DNA of 63,281 nucleotides, counting the filler, from Actinomycetota bacterium (GTDB lineage Bacteria > Actinomycetota > Acidimicrobiia > IMCC26256 > VFJJ01), in the NCBI GenBank assembly GCA_009886115.1. It is 4 parts of 4 records of this genome, joined end to end, with 100 filler letters (N's around TTAATTAATTAA, not from the genome) between each part and the next. Parts side by side here need not be neighbours in the genome. Positions count along the whole stretch, not along the records: positions 1 to 25,100 come from VFJJ01000146.1; 3 more parts are not named here. One strand, given 5' to 3'. This document shows positions 8,819 to 19,276 of this stretch, piece by piece. The position numbers and the translations under genes were made by a program. Position 1 is the first letter of the stretch. Each line of letters begins with the position of its first letter. Below the pieces are notes generated by a model that made no database searches, was not told the origin of the DNA, and saw nothing but the letters and a program-made list of their open reading frames with translations.

Positions 8819-10492
8819 TCAGCCGGTGACGCCTTCGGCGCGCATGAGCCCGTAGACGATCGACTCGGCCAGGGCCTGCCACGACGCCTCGATGATGTTC
8901 TCGGACACGCCCATCGTCGACCAGTCGTCGGATCCGTTCGTGGAGTCGAGGAGCACCCGCGTGACGGCCCCGGTTCCCTTGTGGGAGTCGAGGATGCGGA
9001 CCTTGTAGTCGGTGAGGTGGAGCTCGCCCAAGCTCGGGTGCGCCCGGCCGATCGCCTTGCGCAGCGCGGCGTCGAGCGCGTTCACCGGACCGTTGCCCTC
9101 GGCCGACTCGATCACCCGAACCCACGTCGACTCGTCGTCGGGCGCCGCGTCGGGACCGGGCACCCACACCTTGATGGTGGCCTCGGTGGCAACGGTTCCC
9201 GAGGCCTGCTTCTCCATGAGCACCCGGAACGACTCGAGACGGAAGAACGTCTGGTGGAAGCCCGCCGCGGAGCGAAGGAGCATCTCGAACGACGCGTCGG
9301 CCACCTCGTAGTGGAACCCCTCGTACTCGAGACGCTTGAGCTCCTCGACGACGTGCGCCAACTGCTGGCCGTCGAGCGTGATGCCGAGCGTCTCGGCCTT
9401 GAGCGCCACCGTGGAACGCCCACCGAGCTCCGAGACCACGAAGCGCGTTGCGTTGCCCACCAAGGCAGGCGGGCAGTGCTCGTAGGCGTCGCTGGCCCGT
9501 GAGATGGCGCTGGTGTGCAGCCCCGCCTTGTGGGTGAACGCCGACGTGCCCACGAACGGCGACTGGGGATCGAGGGTGAGGTTCACGAGCTCGGCGATGT
9601 AGTGCGACACCGGCGTGAGCAGCTCCAGGCACTCCCGGGGCACCGTCTCGACCCCCATCTTCAACGTGAGGCTGGGGATCACCGAGCACAGGTTGGTGTT
9701 CCCGGTCCGCTCGCCATAGCCGTTGATGCAGCCCTGCACCTGCACGGCGCCCTGCATCACCGCGGCCAGGGCGTTGGCGACGGCCAGACCGGCGTCGTTG
9801 TGGAAGTGCCCCCCGACACCCACGCCGGGGAGCGCGGCCCTCACCTCGGCCACGATCCGCTCGACCTCCCACGGCATGGTGCCGCCGTTGGTGTCGCACA
9901 GCACGAGACGATCGGCTCCGGCGTCGTGCGCAGCCTGCAGCACCCGCAGGGCAAAGCCCGGGTTGCGCCGGTACCCGTCGAAGAAGTGCTCGGCGTCGAG
10001 GAGCACCTCGAGGTCGCGTGCCTTGAGCCAGGCGACCGAGTCGGCGACCATGGCCACGCCTTCGTCGAGGCTGGTGCGCAGGGCCTCGAGCACGTGGTAG
10101 TCCCACGACTTGCCGACCATGCAGACGGTCTGCGTGCCGGCCTGGGCCAGGTTGCGCAGGTTCTCGTCGCCCTCACACGTTGCGCCGGCCTTGCGGGTGG
10201 CGCCGAACGCGACGAAGCGCGACCGCGTCAGGGAGAGCTCCGTGCGAGCCCGAGCGAAGACCTCGTCGTCCTTGGGGTTGGCGCCGGGCCAGCCGGCCTC
10301 GATGTAGTGCACGCCGAGCTCGTCGAGCTTGACGGCGATCCGCAACTTGTCCTCGACCGTGAGCGACAGGCCCTCGCGCTGCGAGCCGTCGCGCAAGGTG
10401 GTGTCGTAGATCTCGACGCTCGCGGGAACGGCCGACGCCGCCGTGCCTGCACCATCGGGCCGTTGGAGCTGGGAGGCACCGTCAGCCGACAT
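8819..10492 (-). CDS. cimA: Citramalate synthase
   Basis: YDTTLRDGSQREG, EAGWPGANPKD, DAEHFFDGY, HFHND, GPVNALDAALRKA, DYKVRIL. Confidence 0.92.
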   Translation of the reverse strand: MSADGASQLQRPDGAGTAASAVPASVEIYDTTLRDGSQREGLSLTVEDKLRIAVKLDELGVHYIEAGWPGANPKDDEVFARARTELSLTRSRFVAFGATRKAGATCEGDENLRNLAQAGTQTVCMVGKSWDYHVLEALRTSLDEGVAMVADSVAWLKARDLEVLLDAEHFFDGYRRNPGFALRVLQAAHDAGADRLVLCDTNGGTMPWEVERIVAEVRAALPGVGVGGHFHNDAGLAVANALAAVMQGAVQVQGCINGYGERTGNTNLCSVIPSLTLKMGVETVPRECLELLTPVSHYIAELVNLTLDPQSPFVGTSAFTHKAGLHTSAISRASDAYEHCPPALVGNATRFVVSELGGRSTVALKAETLGITLDGQQLAHVVEELKRLEYEGFHYEVADASFEMLLRSAAGFHQTFFRLESFRVLMEKQASGTVATEATIKVWVPGPDAAPDDESTWVRVIESAEGNGPVNALDAALRKAIGRAHPSLGELHLTDYKVRILDSHKGTGAVTRVLLDSTNGSDDWSTMGVSENIIEASWQALAESIVYGLMRAEGVTG

Positions 10493-11402
10493 GCTCGACC
10501 CAGTCCTTGTAGCGATCGACCTCACCCCGCACAGCCTTCGAGTAGGTCTGCTGGATGCGCTCGGTGATCGGACCACGCGAGCCGATCACCCGGCCGTCGA
10601 CCGAGTTGATCGGCACCACCTCGGCGGCCGTGCCCGTGCAGAACATCTCGTCGGCGAGGTACAGGTCGCCGCGGAGCACCGGCGTCTCGGCCACCTCGTA
10701 GCCCAGGTCTCGGGCGATCGTGATGACCGAATCGCGCGTGATCCCTTCGAGGATGCCGGCCGAGGTTGGCGGCGTGATGACCCGGCCGTTGCGCACCAGG
10801 AAGAGGTTCTCGCCCGAGCACTCCGCGACCTGACCGGCGGTGTTGAGCATGATCGCCTCGTCGTAGCCGGCCTTGATGGCTTCGACCTTGGCGAGCGACG
10901 AGTTCACGTAGTAGCCGGACGCCTTCACCTGGGTGGGCACGGCGGTGGGGTCGTGCCGGCGCCACGACGACACCATCATGCGCACGCCCTTGGTGGCACC
11001 GTCCTCGCCGAGGTAGGCGCCCCACGGCCACACGGCGATCGCCACGGAAGTCTTGCAGGGAATGGTGTTGAGCCCGATCTCGCCGTAGTTCAGGTACATG
11101 AGCGGGCGCAGGTAGCAGCCATCGTCCTGACCGTTGGCCTTCACCGTCTGCTTGCAGGCCTCGATGATCTGCTCGCGGGTGAACGGGACGTCCATCATGA
11201 GGGTCTCGGCCCCTTGGAACAGCCGCTCGATGTGGTCGGTGAGGCGGAACACGGCGACACCACCCGAGGTCGGGTAGGCGCGGATGCCCTCGAAGACGCC
11301 CGAGCCGTAGTGGAGCGCGTGGGTGAGGACGTGCACCTGGGCGTCGGCCCAGTTCACGAGCTCGCCGTCCATCCAGATCTTCTCGGTCGTTGCGAAGGGC
11401 AT
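10482..11402 (-). CDS. ilvE: Branched-chain amino acid aminotransferase
   Basis: THALHYGSGVFEGIR, KASGYY, ECSGEN, LEGITR, GTAAEV. Confidence 0.96.
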   Translation of the reverse strand: MPFATTEKIWMDGELVNWADAQVHVLTHALHYGSGVFEGIRAYPTSGGVAVFRLTDHIERLFQGAETLMMDVPFTREQIIEACKQTVKANGQDDGCYLRPLMYLNYGEIGLNTIPCKTSVAIAVWPWGAYLGEDGATKGVRMMVSSWRRHDPTAVPTQVKASGYYVNSSLAKVEAIKAGYDEAIMLNTAGQVAECSGENLFLVRNGRVITPPTSAGILEGITRDSVITIARDLGYEVAETPVLRGDLYLADEMFCTGTAAEVVPINSVDGRVIGSRGPITERIQQTYSKAVRGEVDRYKDWVEHVG

Positions 11403-11488
11403 GGTCTGGCTCCTCGATCGGGTGTGGCCGTGGGCGACGGGGACTCGGGGCGACGGGGACTCGGTGGCTCGGTGGGGAAGGGACGGTG

Positions 11489-12532
11489 TCAGGCCAGGTT
11501 GGCGGCGACGAGGTCGCCCACCTCTCTGGTGGAGGACTGCATGGTCGACGCGGTGGTGCCGCCCATGGTGGTGAGCGCGATGCCCACCGCCGCCTCGATG
11601 CGGGCCGCAGCCGCAGACTCGCCCAGGAATTCGAGCATCATGGCGGCGCTGATGATCGCGGCGAGCGGGTTGGCCCGACCGGTTCCGGCGATGTCGGGCG
11701 CCGAGCCGTGGACAGGCTCGAACACCGACGGGGCCTCACGGACCGGGTTCAGGTTTCCCGACGCCGCCAGACCCAGGCCGCCGGCGATCGCCGCGCCGAG
11801 ATCGGTGAGGATGTCGCCGAAGAGGTTGTCCGTGACGATCACGTCGTAGCGGTCGGGCGACTCGACCATGTACAGGCAGGCGGCGTCGACGTGGTTGTAG
11901 GCGGTGGTCACGCTCGGGTAGTCGCGTGCGACATCGTCGAACGTGCGCTGCCACAGATCGCCGGCGAAGGTGAGCACGTTGGTCTTGTGGCACATGGTGA
12001 GGTGCCGGCGGGGGCGCTTGGCGGCGAGCTCGAAGGCGTAGCGGATGCACCGCTCGGCGCCGAGGCGGGTGTTCACCGAGCCCTGGGTGGCGATCTCGTG
12101 GGCCGTGCCCCTGCGGAGGAAGCCGCCCTCACCGGCGTAGGTGCCCTCGGTGTTCTCGCGAATGACGACCATGTCGATGTCGGCCGGGCCTCGACCCGCG
12201 AGCGGTGTGGACGCACCGGGGAGGAGCTTGACCGGACGGAGGTTCACGTACAGGTCGAGCTCGAAGCGCAGGCGCAACAGCAGGCCCCGCTCGAGCACGC
12301 CGGGCGGGACCTCGGGCGTACCAACGGCCCCGAGCAGCACGCAGTCGAGACCGCGGATCTCCTCGAGCACCGTGTCGGGCAGCACCTCGCCGGTCGACAG
12401 GTAACGGCGTCCGCCGAGGTCGTAGTCGACGGTGTCGATCTTCACACCGACGGCGTCGATCACCTTGAGGGCCTCGGCGACGACCTCAGGGCCGATGCCG
12501 TCGCCGGCGATGATCCCGATGCGGTAGCTCAT
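11489..12532 (-). CDS. leuB: 3-isopropylmalate dehydrogenase
   Basis: [36 protein letters not shown]. Confidence 0.93.
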   Translation of the reverse strand: MSYRIGIIAGDGIGPEVVAEALKVIDAVGVKIDTVDYDLGGRRYLSTGEVLPDTVLEEIRGLDCVLLGAVGTPEVPPGVLERGLLLRLRFELDLYVNLRPVKLLPGASTPLAGRGPADIDMVVIRENTEGTYAGEGGFLRRGTAHEIATQGSVNTRLGAERCIRYAFELAAKRPRRHLTMCHKTNVLTFAGDLWQRTFDDVARDYPSVTTAYNHVDAACLYMVESPDRYDVIVTDNLFGDILTDLGAAIAGGLGLAASGNLNPVREAPSVFEPVHGSAPDIAGTGRANPLAAIISAAMMLEFLGESAAAARIEAAVGIALTTMGGTTASTMQSSTREVGDLVAANLA

Positions 12533-12618
12533 GGTGTGGTCCCGGTCTCTGATCGTGGTTCGTGGTGGTTCCTGGTGGGCTGCGAGTGCTGGCCCATCGG
12601 GCAGAGGGGCCGACAACG

Positions 12619-12644
12619 AAAAACCGCCCACCGAGGTGGACGGT
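12619..12644 (-). terminator. Attenuator terminator upstream of leuB
   Basis: Minus strand ACCGTCCACCTCGGTGGGCGGT hairpin followed by T-run. Confidence 0.85.
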
Positions 12645-12672
12645 CGGGGCGAACGCCGGGTCGCGGCGCTCG

Positions 12673-12714
12673 CTAGACGATGACGATGATGGCGGTGTCG
12701 AAACGGCAGCTCAT
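12673..12714 (-). CDS. Ile/Val-rich leader peptide [13 protein letters not shown]
   Basis: ATG...ATC ATC GTC ATC GTC TAG, with GGAG upstream, ending about 30 nt before a terminator. Confidence 0.85.
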   Translation of the reverse strand: MSCRFDTAIIVIV

Positions 12715-12802
12715 GGCTCCCCGAATCGTAGCGGCTGGGCGCCGGCACCCGTCAACGCGGCCCCGAGGGTACCGAGTCGCCGCGGCGAGCAAGTAGCCTC
12801 CG

Positions 12803-13270
12803 ATGATGAGCGAGACCCAGCTTTCGCGCGCTGCACACGACCGCCTGCGTGCCGAGCTCTACGAGCGGATCGGTCCGCGCCGCCGTGAGATCGCCGACAT
12901 GATCGAACGTGCCCGCGAGCTCGGCGACCTCAAGGAGAACGGCGACTACCACGCGGCCAAGAACGAGCAGGGGCTCAACGAGTCGCGGGTGCGCCAGCTC
13001 GAGTCGCTGTTGAAGAAGGCCGAGATCATCGACGACCTCCCGTCCGACATGGTGACCCAGGGGATGATCGTCGAGATCAGCATCGCTGGCGGACCGTCGA
13101 TGACGTACCTCTTCGGCTCGATCGAGGAACGCTCCGAGCACGACCCGCTCTCGCCGACCTCGCCGCTGGGCAAGGTCCTGGCCGGCAGGGGCCCGGGTGA
13201 CCGGGTCGAGTACGAAGCGCCCCGCGGCATGCTCATGGTCGAGATCGTCTCGGTCCGCCCCGCCGACTGA
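12803..13270 (+). CDS. greA: Transcription elongation factor GreA
   Basis: ARELGDLKENGDYHAAK, SPTSPLGKVL. Confidence 0.95.
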   Translation: MMSETQLSRAAHDRLRAELYERIGPRRREIADMIERARELGDLKENGDYHAAKNEQGLNESRVRQLESLLKKAEIIDDLPSDMVTQGMIVEISIAGGPSMTYLFGSIEERSEHDPLSPTSPLGKVLAGRGPGDRVEYEAPRGMLMVEIVSVRPAD

Positions 13271-13310
13271 CGACCCTCCGACCCTCCGACCCCACCCCAC
13301 CCCTCCGAAA

Positions 13311-13351
13311 TGTGTGCAGAAATCGTCGCCTGGCGACGATTTCTGCACACA
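13311..13351. repeat. REP-like palindrome, copy 1
   Basis: TGTGTGCAGAAATCGTCGCC-T-GGCGACGATTTCTGCACACA between convergent genes. Confidence 0.85.
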
Positions 13352-13364
13352 GATGGCGCTGGGG

Positions 13365-14750
13365 TCAGCGGACGAAGAGGATCGCGCTGGGGTCGCTCAC
13401 GGCGATCGTCCACCCCGGGTCGGCCGCCAGCACCTCGGCCAGAGGACGACGCGCGCCAGTGAGCACGCAATCGACACCCAGGTCGTCGAGCTCGTCGGTC
13501 ACCGGACGCTGGGCCGTGTTCCAGGTGATCCGCAGCAGCGGACGCAACCGATCCTTGCCGTACATGTCGTTGCGGCCGTCCTGGGCCACGAGCACCTCGG
13601 GCCAGCGGCGCTCGATCACCAGGCCCCCGAGGTCGTAGTCGTTGAACAACCGGCACCCCGCCGGGATGGCGTCGACAGCTCGCACGGGCATCGACTCCGG
13701 GTCGATCGTGCCCGCATCGGCCAGCATCGGTACCGCCGAAACCGTCGTGACCACGGCCACGATCACCGTGGCCAGCACCAGCTGCGACGCCCGCGCCTTC
13801 GCTCCGGCGCGCAGGCGCGGGATCGGCGCCACCGTGAACGCACGGGCGAGCTCGCCGGCGCCGAGCACGAGGAAGAACGGGCCGTTGCGGATGGCGTCGA
13901 TCGTCATGAGCGCCAAGGCCGCCAGGGGCAGCGCGACATCGGGTCGCCGCCAGCGGCCCGTCCGCCACAATCCGTAGGCGACGCCCAGCCCGATCACCAC
14001 GATCGCCTGGTCGCGAGTGTCGAGCACCGAAAGGTGGCGGTACTCCTCGATCTTGCTCGAGACGGCCCGCACGTGCCACGCATGGGTGTACACGTGCCAC
14101 GTGAACGGGTTCACGAGCGGCGCCAGCACGGCCACGGCCACGAGCGGGACCTCACGCCGGAGCGCTTCCAGGGGACGGCCCGAGCCGTGACGAGCGGCGA
14201 GGATCCGACCGAGGGCCTGGAGCCCCACGACTCCCACACCGACCACGAACACCCCGTGCGTGTTCGCCCACACGGCCAGCACCGCGCCCACCCCGGCCAG
14301 GCTCCGGGCGCGACCGAGCCGGTTCTTCGGATCGGCAAGCGCGAGGAGCGCCGGGAACAGGAGGAAGCTGAACAACTGCGGTCGCTCGGCCACGAACGGG
14401 TCGAGGGCGAAGGTGCACAGCCACGCGGCCCCCACCGAGGCCCAGGCCCCGGCACCGGTGCGGCGGGCGATGCGGTACAGCACGATCCCGAAAGCGGCGA
14501 CACCGACGGCCCGGAGCAGCGACACCGCCGTGAGGCCTCCGATCCGGTCGGTGAGCGCCAGGACGACATCGGCCAGCCAGGCATTGGGCTGCCAGTCGGC
14601 GCCACCGGCCGTCCATGAGAACGGGTCGCTGCGGGGAATGCGCCCGGTGTCGAGGATCAGCTCACCGGTGCGGCGATGCCACGGCCCGTCCGGATCGACG
14701 AGCGTCCCGGCGTTCACCAGCGCCCGTCCGGCGAGCGCGATCGCCATCAC
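13365..14750 (-). CDS. Polytopic membrane protein, possibly GT-C glycosyltransferase-like
   Basis: Many TM segments; DPDGPWH, DPFSWT, ERPQLFS, WANTHG, DGRNDMYG. Start uncertain. Confidence 0.7.
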   Translation of the reverse strand: MMAIALAGRALVNAGTLVDPDGPWHRRTGELILDTGRIPRSDPFSWTAGGADWQPNAWLADVVLALTDRIGGLTAVSLLRAVGVAAFGIVLYRIARRTGAGAWASVGAAWLCTFALDPFVAERPQLFSFLLFPALLALADPKNRLGRARSLAGVGAVLAVWANTHGVFVVGVGVVGLQALGRILAARHGSGRPLEALRREVPLVAVAVLAPLVNPFTWHVYTHAWHVRAVSSKIEEYRHLSVLDTRDQAIVVIGLGVAYGLWRTGRWRRPDVALPLAALALMTIDAIRNGPFFLVLGAGELARAFTVAPIPRLRAGAKARASQLVLATVIVAVVTTVSAVPMLADAGTIDPESMPVRAVDAIPAGCRLFNDYDLGGLVIERRWPEVLVAQDGRNDMYGKDRLRPLLRITWNTAQRPVTDELDDLGVDCVLTGARRPLAEVLAADPGWTIAVSDPSAILFVR

Positions 14751-14943
14751 CCAAGGCGCGAAGCGCTGGAGGCGCTCGGCTGGTGACGTCAGGCTCGGCG
14801 AGGGACGGGTCAGGGCGACGATCCTCGGGTATCGACCTCCGAGAACCCAGGCTGGAGCACGATCAGCACGTCGATCCCCCTGTCCCCGAGCACGCCTCGG
14901 CGCAACGCCTGGAGGCGGCCTCTTCCCCGCCCGCGCTCGTCCG

Positions 14944-15471
14944 TCAGCTCGACGCGACTCGGCGTCGTTCGGCGGCGCGGAACGGGATGGCGAACACCAC
15001 CATGAGCACGACAGCTCCGAGCATCACGCCATGCTCTCGGGTTCGAGGCACGACTCCCAGCGAGACGATGAGCGTGGTGGCGCACGCCGGTGCGTGCAGC
15101 GAGCGCAGCCCGAGCAGGAGCCCCGCGGTCAACGCCACCGACAGCCCCACGGCACCGACGCGCGTGCCCGAGACCCCCACCGCGATCGCGCTCCCCGCGT
15201 CGACCAGCCCGAACAGGTGCAGCGAGGTCCACCCGGCAACCAGGCCCGCTGCGTGCCCCACGACGACGGCCCTCGGCGAGTTCACCGGGTTCGCCGGCTG
15301 GGCCACGAGCAAGAACGCCGTGGGTCCGAGCGACGGGAAGATCATCGGCTCGTCGAGGATCGCGGCCGAGGCTGCGAGCACCATCGCCAGCAGCCCGGCG
15401 CCGGCGCCGACGAGCGCGATCTGCCGCGGGCCGAACGCCGCTACCCGGGCCGCGCCGGGAAGGCCCGTCAT
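14944..15471 (-). CDS. HPP family membrane protein
   Basis: [28 protein letters not shown]. Confidence 0.85.
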   Translation of the reverse strand: MTGLPGAARVAAFGPRQIALVGAGAGLLAMVLAASAAILDEPMIFPSLGPTAFLLVAQPANPVNSPRAVVVGHAAGLVAGWTSLHLFGLVDAGSAIAVGVSGTRVGAVGLSVALTAGLLLGLRSLHAPACATTLIVSLGVVPRTREHGVMLGAVVLMVVFAIPFRAAERRRVASS

Positions 15472-16337
15472 CGCGATCCCAGCGACCGCTCGACCGAAGC
15501 CGCGGCGCCCATGACAGCCACCGCCAACCGCTCGCCGGGCTTGCGCCCCATCCGCTCGACAGGTCCGCTCACCGAGACCGCTGCTCTCACAGCCCCGTCA
15601 CGGTCACGGATCGGGGCGCTCACACTGGCGACGCCCGGCTCGCGCTCGCCGACACTCTCGGCCCAGCCCCGCCGCCGAACCGTCGCCAGGAGCGCGCTGT
15701 CGAGTCCGAACTCATCGCGATCGCCCGCCCACGCCAGCAGGACCTTGCCGCCCGAGCCCCGATCGAGGGGCAACGGCACGCCCACGGGAACGGTGTCGCG
15801 CAGGCCGGCCCGGGGCTCGGCACTGGCAATGCAGACCCGGTGATCGCCGTCACGCACGTACAGCTGAGCTGTGAGACCCGTCGCGTCGCGCAGATCAGAC
15901 AGCAGCGGCCGTGCTGCATCGACGAGACCCATCTCCCCCACCGCCGCGCTGCCCCACTCGAACAGCCGCAGGCCCAGCACCCACCGGCCCCGGTCGTCGC
16001 GGCGGAGCAGGCGGTGGTCTTCGAGTGCCGAGGCCAGCCGATGGGCGGTGGCACGCGAGAAGCCCGTGGCCTCGACCAGCTCCACGAGCGAAACCGCGCT
16101 CCTCGAGTGCACGGTGGCCAGGATGGTCACGACCTTGTCGAGCACACCGACCCCGGTCACGGCCACGCCAGCCACGCCAGCCACGCCGGCCACGGCGGCC
16201 ACGCCGGCCGTGGGGCCCGAGGCGGCCGTGGGGCCCGAGGCGACCACGCCGAGGGCGGGCGGCTGGGCTGCCGATGCTTCGCCACGGGAGCTGGCGCCGG
16301 GCTTGTCACGAGGCGATGGCCGAGGTACGGTGATCAC
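15468..16337 (-). CDS. IclR family regulator (NdgR/LtbR-like), divergent from leuCD
   Basis: [55 protein letters not shown] -10 six nt before GTG 16337. Confidence 0.92.
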   Translation of the reverse strand: MITVPRPSPRDKPGASSRGEASAAQPPALGVVASGPTAASGPTAGVAAVAGVAGVAGVAVTGVGVLDKVVTILATVHSRSAVSLVELVEATGFSRATAHRLASALEDHRLLRRDDRGRWVLGLRLFEWGSAAVGEMGLVDAARPLLSDLRDATGLTAQLYVRDGDHRVCIASAEPRAGLRDTVPVGVPLPLDRGSGGKVLLAWAGDRDEFGLDSALLATVRRRGWAESVGEREPGVASVSAPIRDRDGAVRAAVSVSGPVERMGRKPGERLAVAVMGAAASVERSLGSR

Positions 16338-16351
16338 ATCTCGATATTAGC

Positions 16352-16368
16352 ATCTCATATTCTGAGAT
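16352..16368. promoter_or_regulatory. Palindromic operator ATCTCA-N5-TGAGAT between IclR gene and leuC
   Basis: Inverted repeat in an AT-rich 51-bp divergent intergenic region. Confidence 0.7.
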
Positions 16369-16388
16369 ACAAGACCGGGGAGCATGCG

Positions 16389-17786
16389 ATGGGCCAGACC
16401 CTGTCCGAGAAGGTGTGGGAGCGCCACGTCGTCCACCGGACCGACGACGAACCCGACCTCCTGTACGTCGACCTCCACCTCGTCCACGAGGTCACGTCGC
16501 CGCAGGCCTTCGAAGGGCTCCGGCTCGCCGGCCGCCGGGTGCGCAGACCCGACCTCACCCTGGCGACGATGGATCACAACGTGCCCACGGCAGGCCTGCA
16601 CCTCGGGATCACCGACCCCATCTCCCGCCGCCAGTGCGAGGCGCTCGAGAGCAACTGCAAGGAGTTCGGCGTACCGCTGTACGCCATGGGCCATGCCGAT
16701 CAGGGCATCGTGCACGTCATCGGTCCCCAGCTCGGCCTCACCCAGCCGGGGACCATCATCGTCTGCGGCGACTCGCACACCGCCACCCACGGCGCCTTCG
16801 GAGCCATCGCGTTCGGCATCGGCACGAGCGAGGTCGAGCACGTGCTGGCCACGCAGACGCTCCCCCAGACCAAGCCCGGGACGATGGCAGTCACCGTCGA
16901 CGGGCCCCTCCCGGTGGGGGTCACCGCCAAGGACGTGATCCTGGCGATCATCGCCCGCATCGGCACCGGCGGCGGGATCGGCAAGATCATCGAGTACCGG
17001 GGCTCGGTGTTTCGCGGGCTCTCGATGGAAGGCCGCATGACCGTGTGCAACATGTCGATCGAAGGCGGTGCCCGCGCCGGGCTGATCGCCCCCGACGACA
17101 CGACCTTCGCCTACCTCGAAGGTCGCCGCCACGCCCCCAAGGGCGCGGAGTGGGAACGGGCCCTCGACGACTGGCGCAGTCTCACCACCGATCCCGACGC
17201 CACCTTCGACGACGACGTCGTGATCGACGGGACCACGCTGAGCCCGCACGTCTCGTGGGGTACGAACCCGGCCCAGACCCTCCCGATCGACGCCTCGATA
17301 CCCGATCCCGACACCATCGCCGACCCCGGCGCGGCCGACTCGGCCCGGAGAGCCTTGCAGTACATGGGCTTGCGAGCCGGCACACCCATTCGTGACATCA
17401 CCGTCGACACCGTCTTCGTGGGCTCGTGCACCAACGGGCGCATCGAGGACCTCCGCGCCGTGGCCGAGGTGTTGCGGGGCCGCAGGGTGCACGAGGGCGT
17501 GCGCATGCTCGTCGTCCCGGGGTCGATGGCGGTCAAGGCCCAGGCCGAAGCGGAAGGCCTCGACGCCGTCATCTCCGGGGCCGGGGCCGAATGGCGCGAG
17601 GCGGGATGCTCGATGTGCCTGGCCATGAACCCCGACAAGCTCGCCCCCGGGGAACGGTCGGCATCCACGTCGAACCGGAATTTCGAAGGGCGCCAAGGGC
17701 CCGGCGGGCGCACCCACCTGGTATCGCCCGGGGTCGCCGCCGCCACGGCCGTCACCGGCCACCTGGCCGCACCGGCCGATCTGTAA
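16389..17786 (+). CDS. leuC: 3-isopropylmalate dehydratase large subunit
   Basis: [43 protein letters not shown]. Confidence 0.98.
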   Translation: MGQTLSEKVWERHVVHRTDDEPDLLYVDLHLVHEVTSPQAFEGLRLAGRRVRRPDLTLATMDHNVPTAGLHLGITDPISRRQCEALESNCKEFGVPLYAMGHADQGIVHVIGPQLGLTQPGTIIVCGDSHTATHGAFGAIAFGIGTSEVEHVLATQTLPQTKPGTMAVTVDGPLPVGVTAKDVILAIIARIGTGGGIGKIIEYRGSVFRGLSMEGRMTVCNMSIEGGARAGLIAPDDTTFAYLEGRRHAPKGAEWERALDDWRSLTTDPDATFDDDVVIDGTTLSPHVSWGTNPAQTLPIDASIPDPDTIADPGAADSARRALQYMGLRAGTPIRDITVDTVFVGSCTNGRIEDLRAVAEVLRGRRVHEGVRMLVVPGSMAVKAQAEAEGLDAVISGAGAEWREAGCSMCLAMNPDKLAPGERSASTSNRNFEGRQGPGGRTHLVSPGVAAATAVTGHLAAPADL

Positions 17787-17811
17787 CCACCATCGGGAGC
17801 CAGGAGGCGTC

Positions 17812-18411
17812 ATGCTCGCAGTGCAGAGGGTGCAGGGGACGGCCGTCCCACTCGACCGGTCCGACGTCGACACCGACCAGATCATCCCGGCCGAGTGGCT
17901 CAAGCGGATCGAGCGCACCGGCTTCGGCGCCGGGCTGTTCTCGGCCTGGCGCCAGGATCCGGCGTTCGTGCTGAACCAGCCGCGGTACTCGGGTGCGTCG
18001 ATTCTCGTCGCCGGACCCAACTTCGGGACGGGGTCGTCGCGCGAGCACGCCGCCTGGGCCTTGCAGGACTACGGGTTCGAGGTCGTCATCTCGTCACGCA
18101 TCGCCGACATCTTCCGCAACAACTGCACCAAGATCGGGGTGCTCCCGGTCGTGCTGGCACACGATGTCGTCGACCGGTTGATGCGGGCCATCGAGGACGA
18201 TCCCGCCCTGGAGATCGTCGTCGACGTGCAGGAGCGCACGGTCTGGGTCGGGGCGCTCGATCTGAGCGAGCCCTTTCCACTCGACGACTTCACCCAGTAC
18301 CGGTTCCTCAACGGGCTCGACGACATCGGCCTGAGCGAGCGCCACGCCGCGGCCATCGCCGCGTACGAGGCAGCCCGCCCCTCGTACCTGCCCACGACGA
18401 CGCCGGTCTGA
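17812..18411 (+). CDS. leuD: 3-isopropylmalate dehydratase small subunit
   Basis: DVDTDQIIP, NFGTGSSREHA, GLDDIG. Confidence 0.98.
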   Translation: MLAVQRVQGTAVPLDRSDVDTDQIIPAEWLKRIERTGFGAGLFSAWRQDPAFVLNQPRYSGASILVAGPNFGTGSSREHAAWALQDYGFEVVISSRIADIFRNNCTKIGVLPVVLAHDVVDRLMRAIEDDPALEIVVDVQERTVWVGALDLSEPFPLDDFTQYRFLNGLDDIGLSERHAAAIAAYEAARPSYLPTTTPV

Positions 18412-18493
18412 GTCACCGACCCCGGACCCCCGACCCCCGACCCCGGAACTGGCAGCCGTCAGCCCGCCGGCCCGATGCCGTAGCATCGACATC

Positions 18494-19276
18494 GTGACGT
18501 TCCGGGACCTCGTCAAGCAGCCCCTGTACGGCATCTACGAGCGCCGGCTGCTGCAGACCATCCCGTCCGATCGGCTCCCGCACCACGTCGGCATCATCCT
18601 CGACGGCCACCGGCGCTACGCCCGTGAAGCGGGGCTGCCCGACTACGAGACGAGCTACCGGGCGGGGATGGCCAAGTTCGAGGACTTCCTCGACTGGTGC
18701 CATGGTCTGGGCATCCCCGCCATCACCGCATGGGTGCTGTCGACCGAGAACCTCAAGCGGCCCACCGACGAGCTCGACCCGTACTTCGACGTGCTCATCA
18801 GCCTGTTCGAGCGGCTGCCCGCGCACGCCAACCGGCTGGGGTACTCGATCAGGTTCATCGGCTCGCTCGACCTGCTCCCCGACGCGCTCGTCCGAGCGGC
18901 CAAGCAGGCCGAGGAAGGCGCCAGCCATGGCCAGCACCGGCTGACGATCGCCCTGGGCTACGGGGGCCGCCAGGAGATCATCGACGCGTGCCGCGAGCTG
19001 GTGAGTGATCTCGCCGCCGAGGGCATTCCCGCGGCCAACCTGGCCGAGCACATCGACGTCGACGCGCTCTCGGCCCATCTGTACACCGCCGACCTGCCCG
19101 ACCCCGACCTCGTGATCCGAACCTCGGGCGAGTCTCGGCTGTCGGGTTTCCTGCTGTGGCAGTCGGCCTATGCCGAGTACCTCTTCGAGGACGTGTTCTG
19201 GCCGGCGTTCCGACGGGTCGACTTCCTCCGGGCCTTGCGCGACTACGCCCGACGAGAGCGCCGCTTCGGACGATGA
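18494..19276 (+). CDS. cis-prenyltransferase (UppS family, short-chain Rv1086-like)
   Basis: HVGIILDGHRR, LSTENLKR, GYGGRQEI, IRTSGESRLSGFLLWQ, RRFG. Confidence 0.93.
   Translation: MTFRDLVKQPLYGIYERRLLQTIPSDRLPHHVGIILDGHRRYAREAGLPDYETSYRAGMAKFEDFLDWCHGLGIPAITAWVLSTENLKRPTDELDPYFDVLISLFERLPAHANRLGYSIRFIGSLDLLPDALVRAAKQAEEGASHGQHRLTIALGYGGRQEIIDACRELVSDLAAEGIPAANLAEHIDVDALSAHLYTADLPDPDLVIRTSGESRLSGFLLWQSAYAEYLFEDVFWPAFRRVDFLRALRDYARRERRFGR

Noticed and set aside
13311..13351. Palindrome as a CRISPR repeat
   Set aside because: Only two copies 8 kb apart, no spacers, no cas genes.
15090..16388. Apparent 898-aa LeuC with long N-terminal extension
   Set aside because: The extension is antisense to the IclR and HPP genes; LeuC homology starts at MGQTLSEK.
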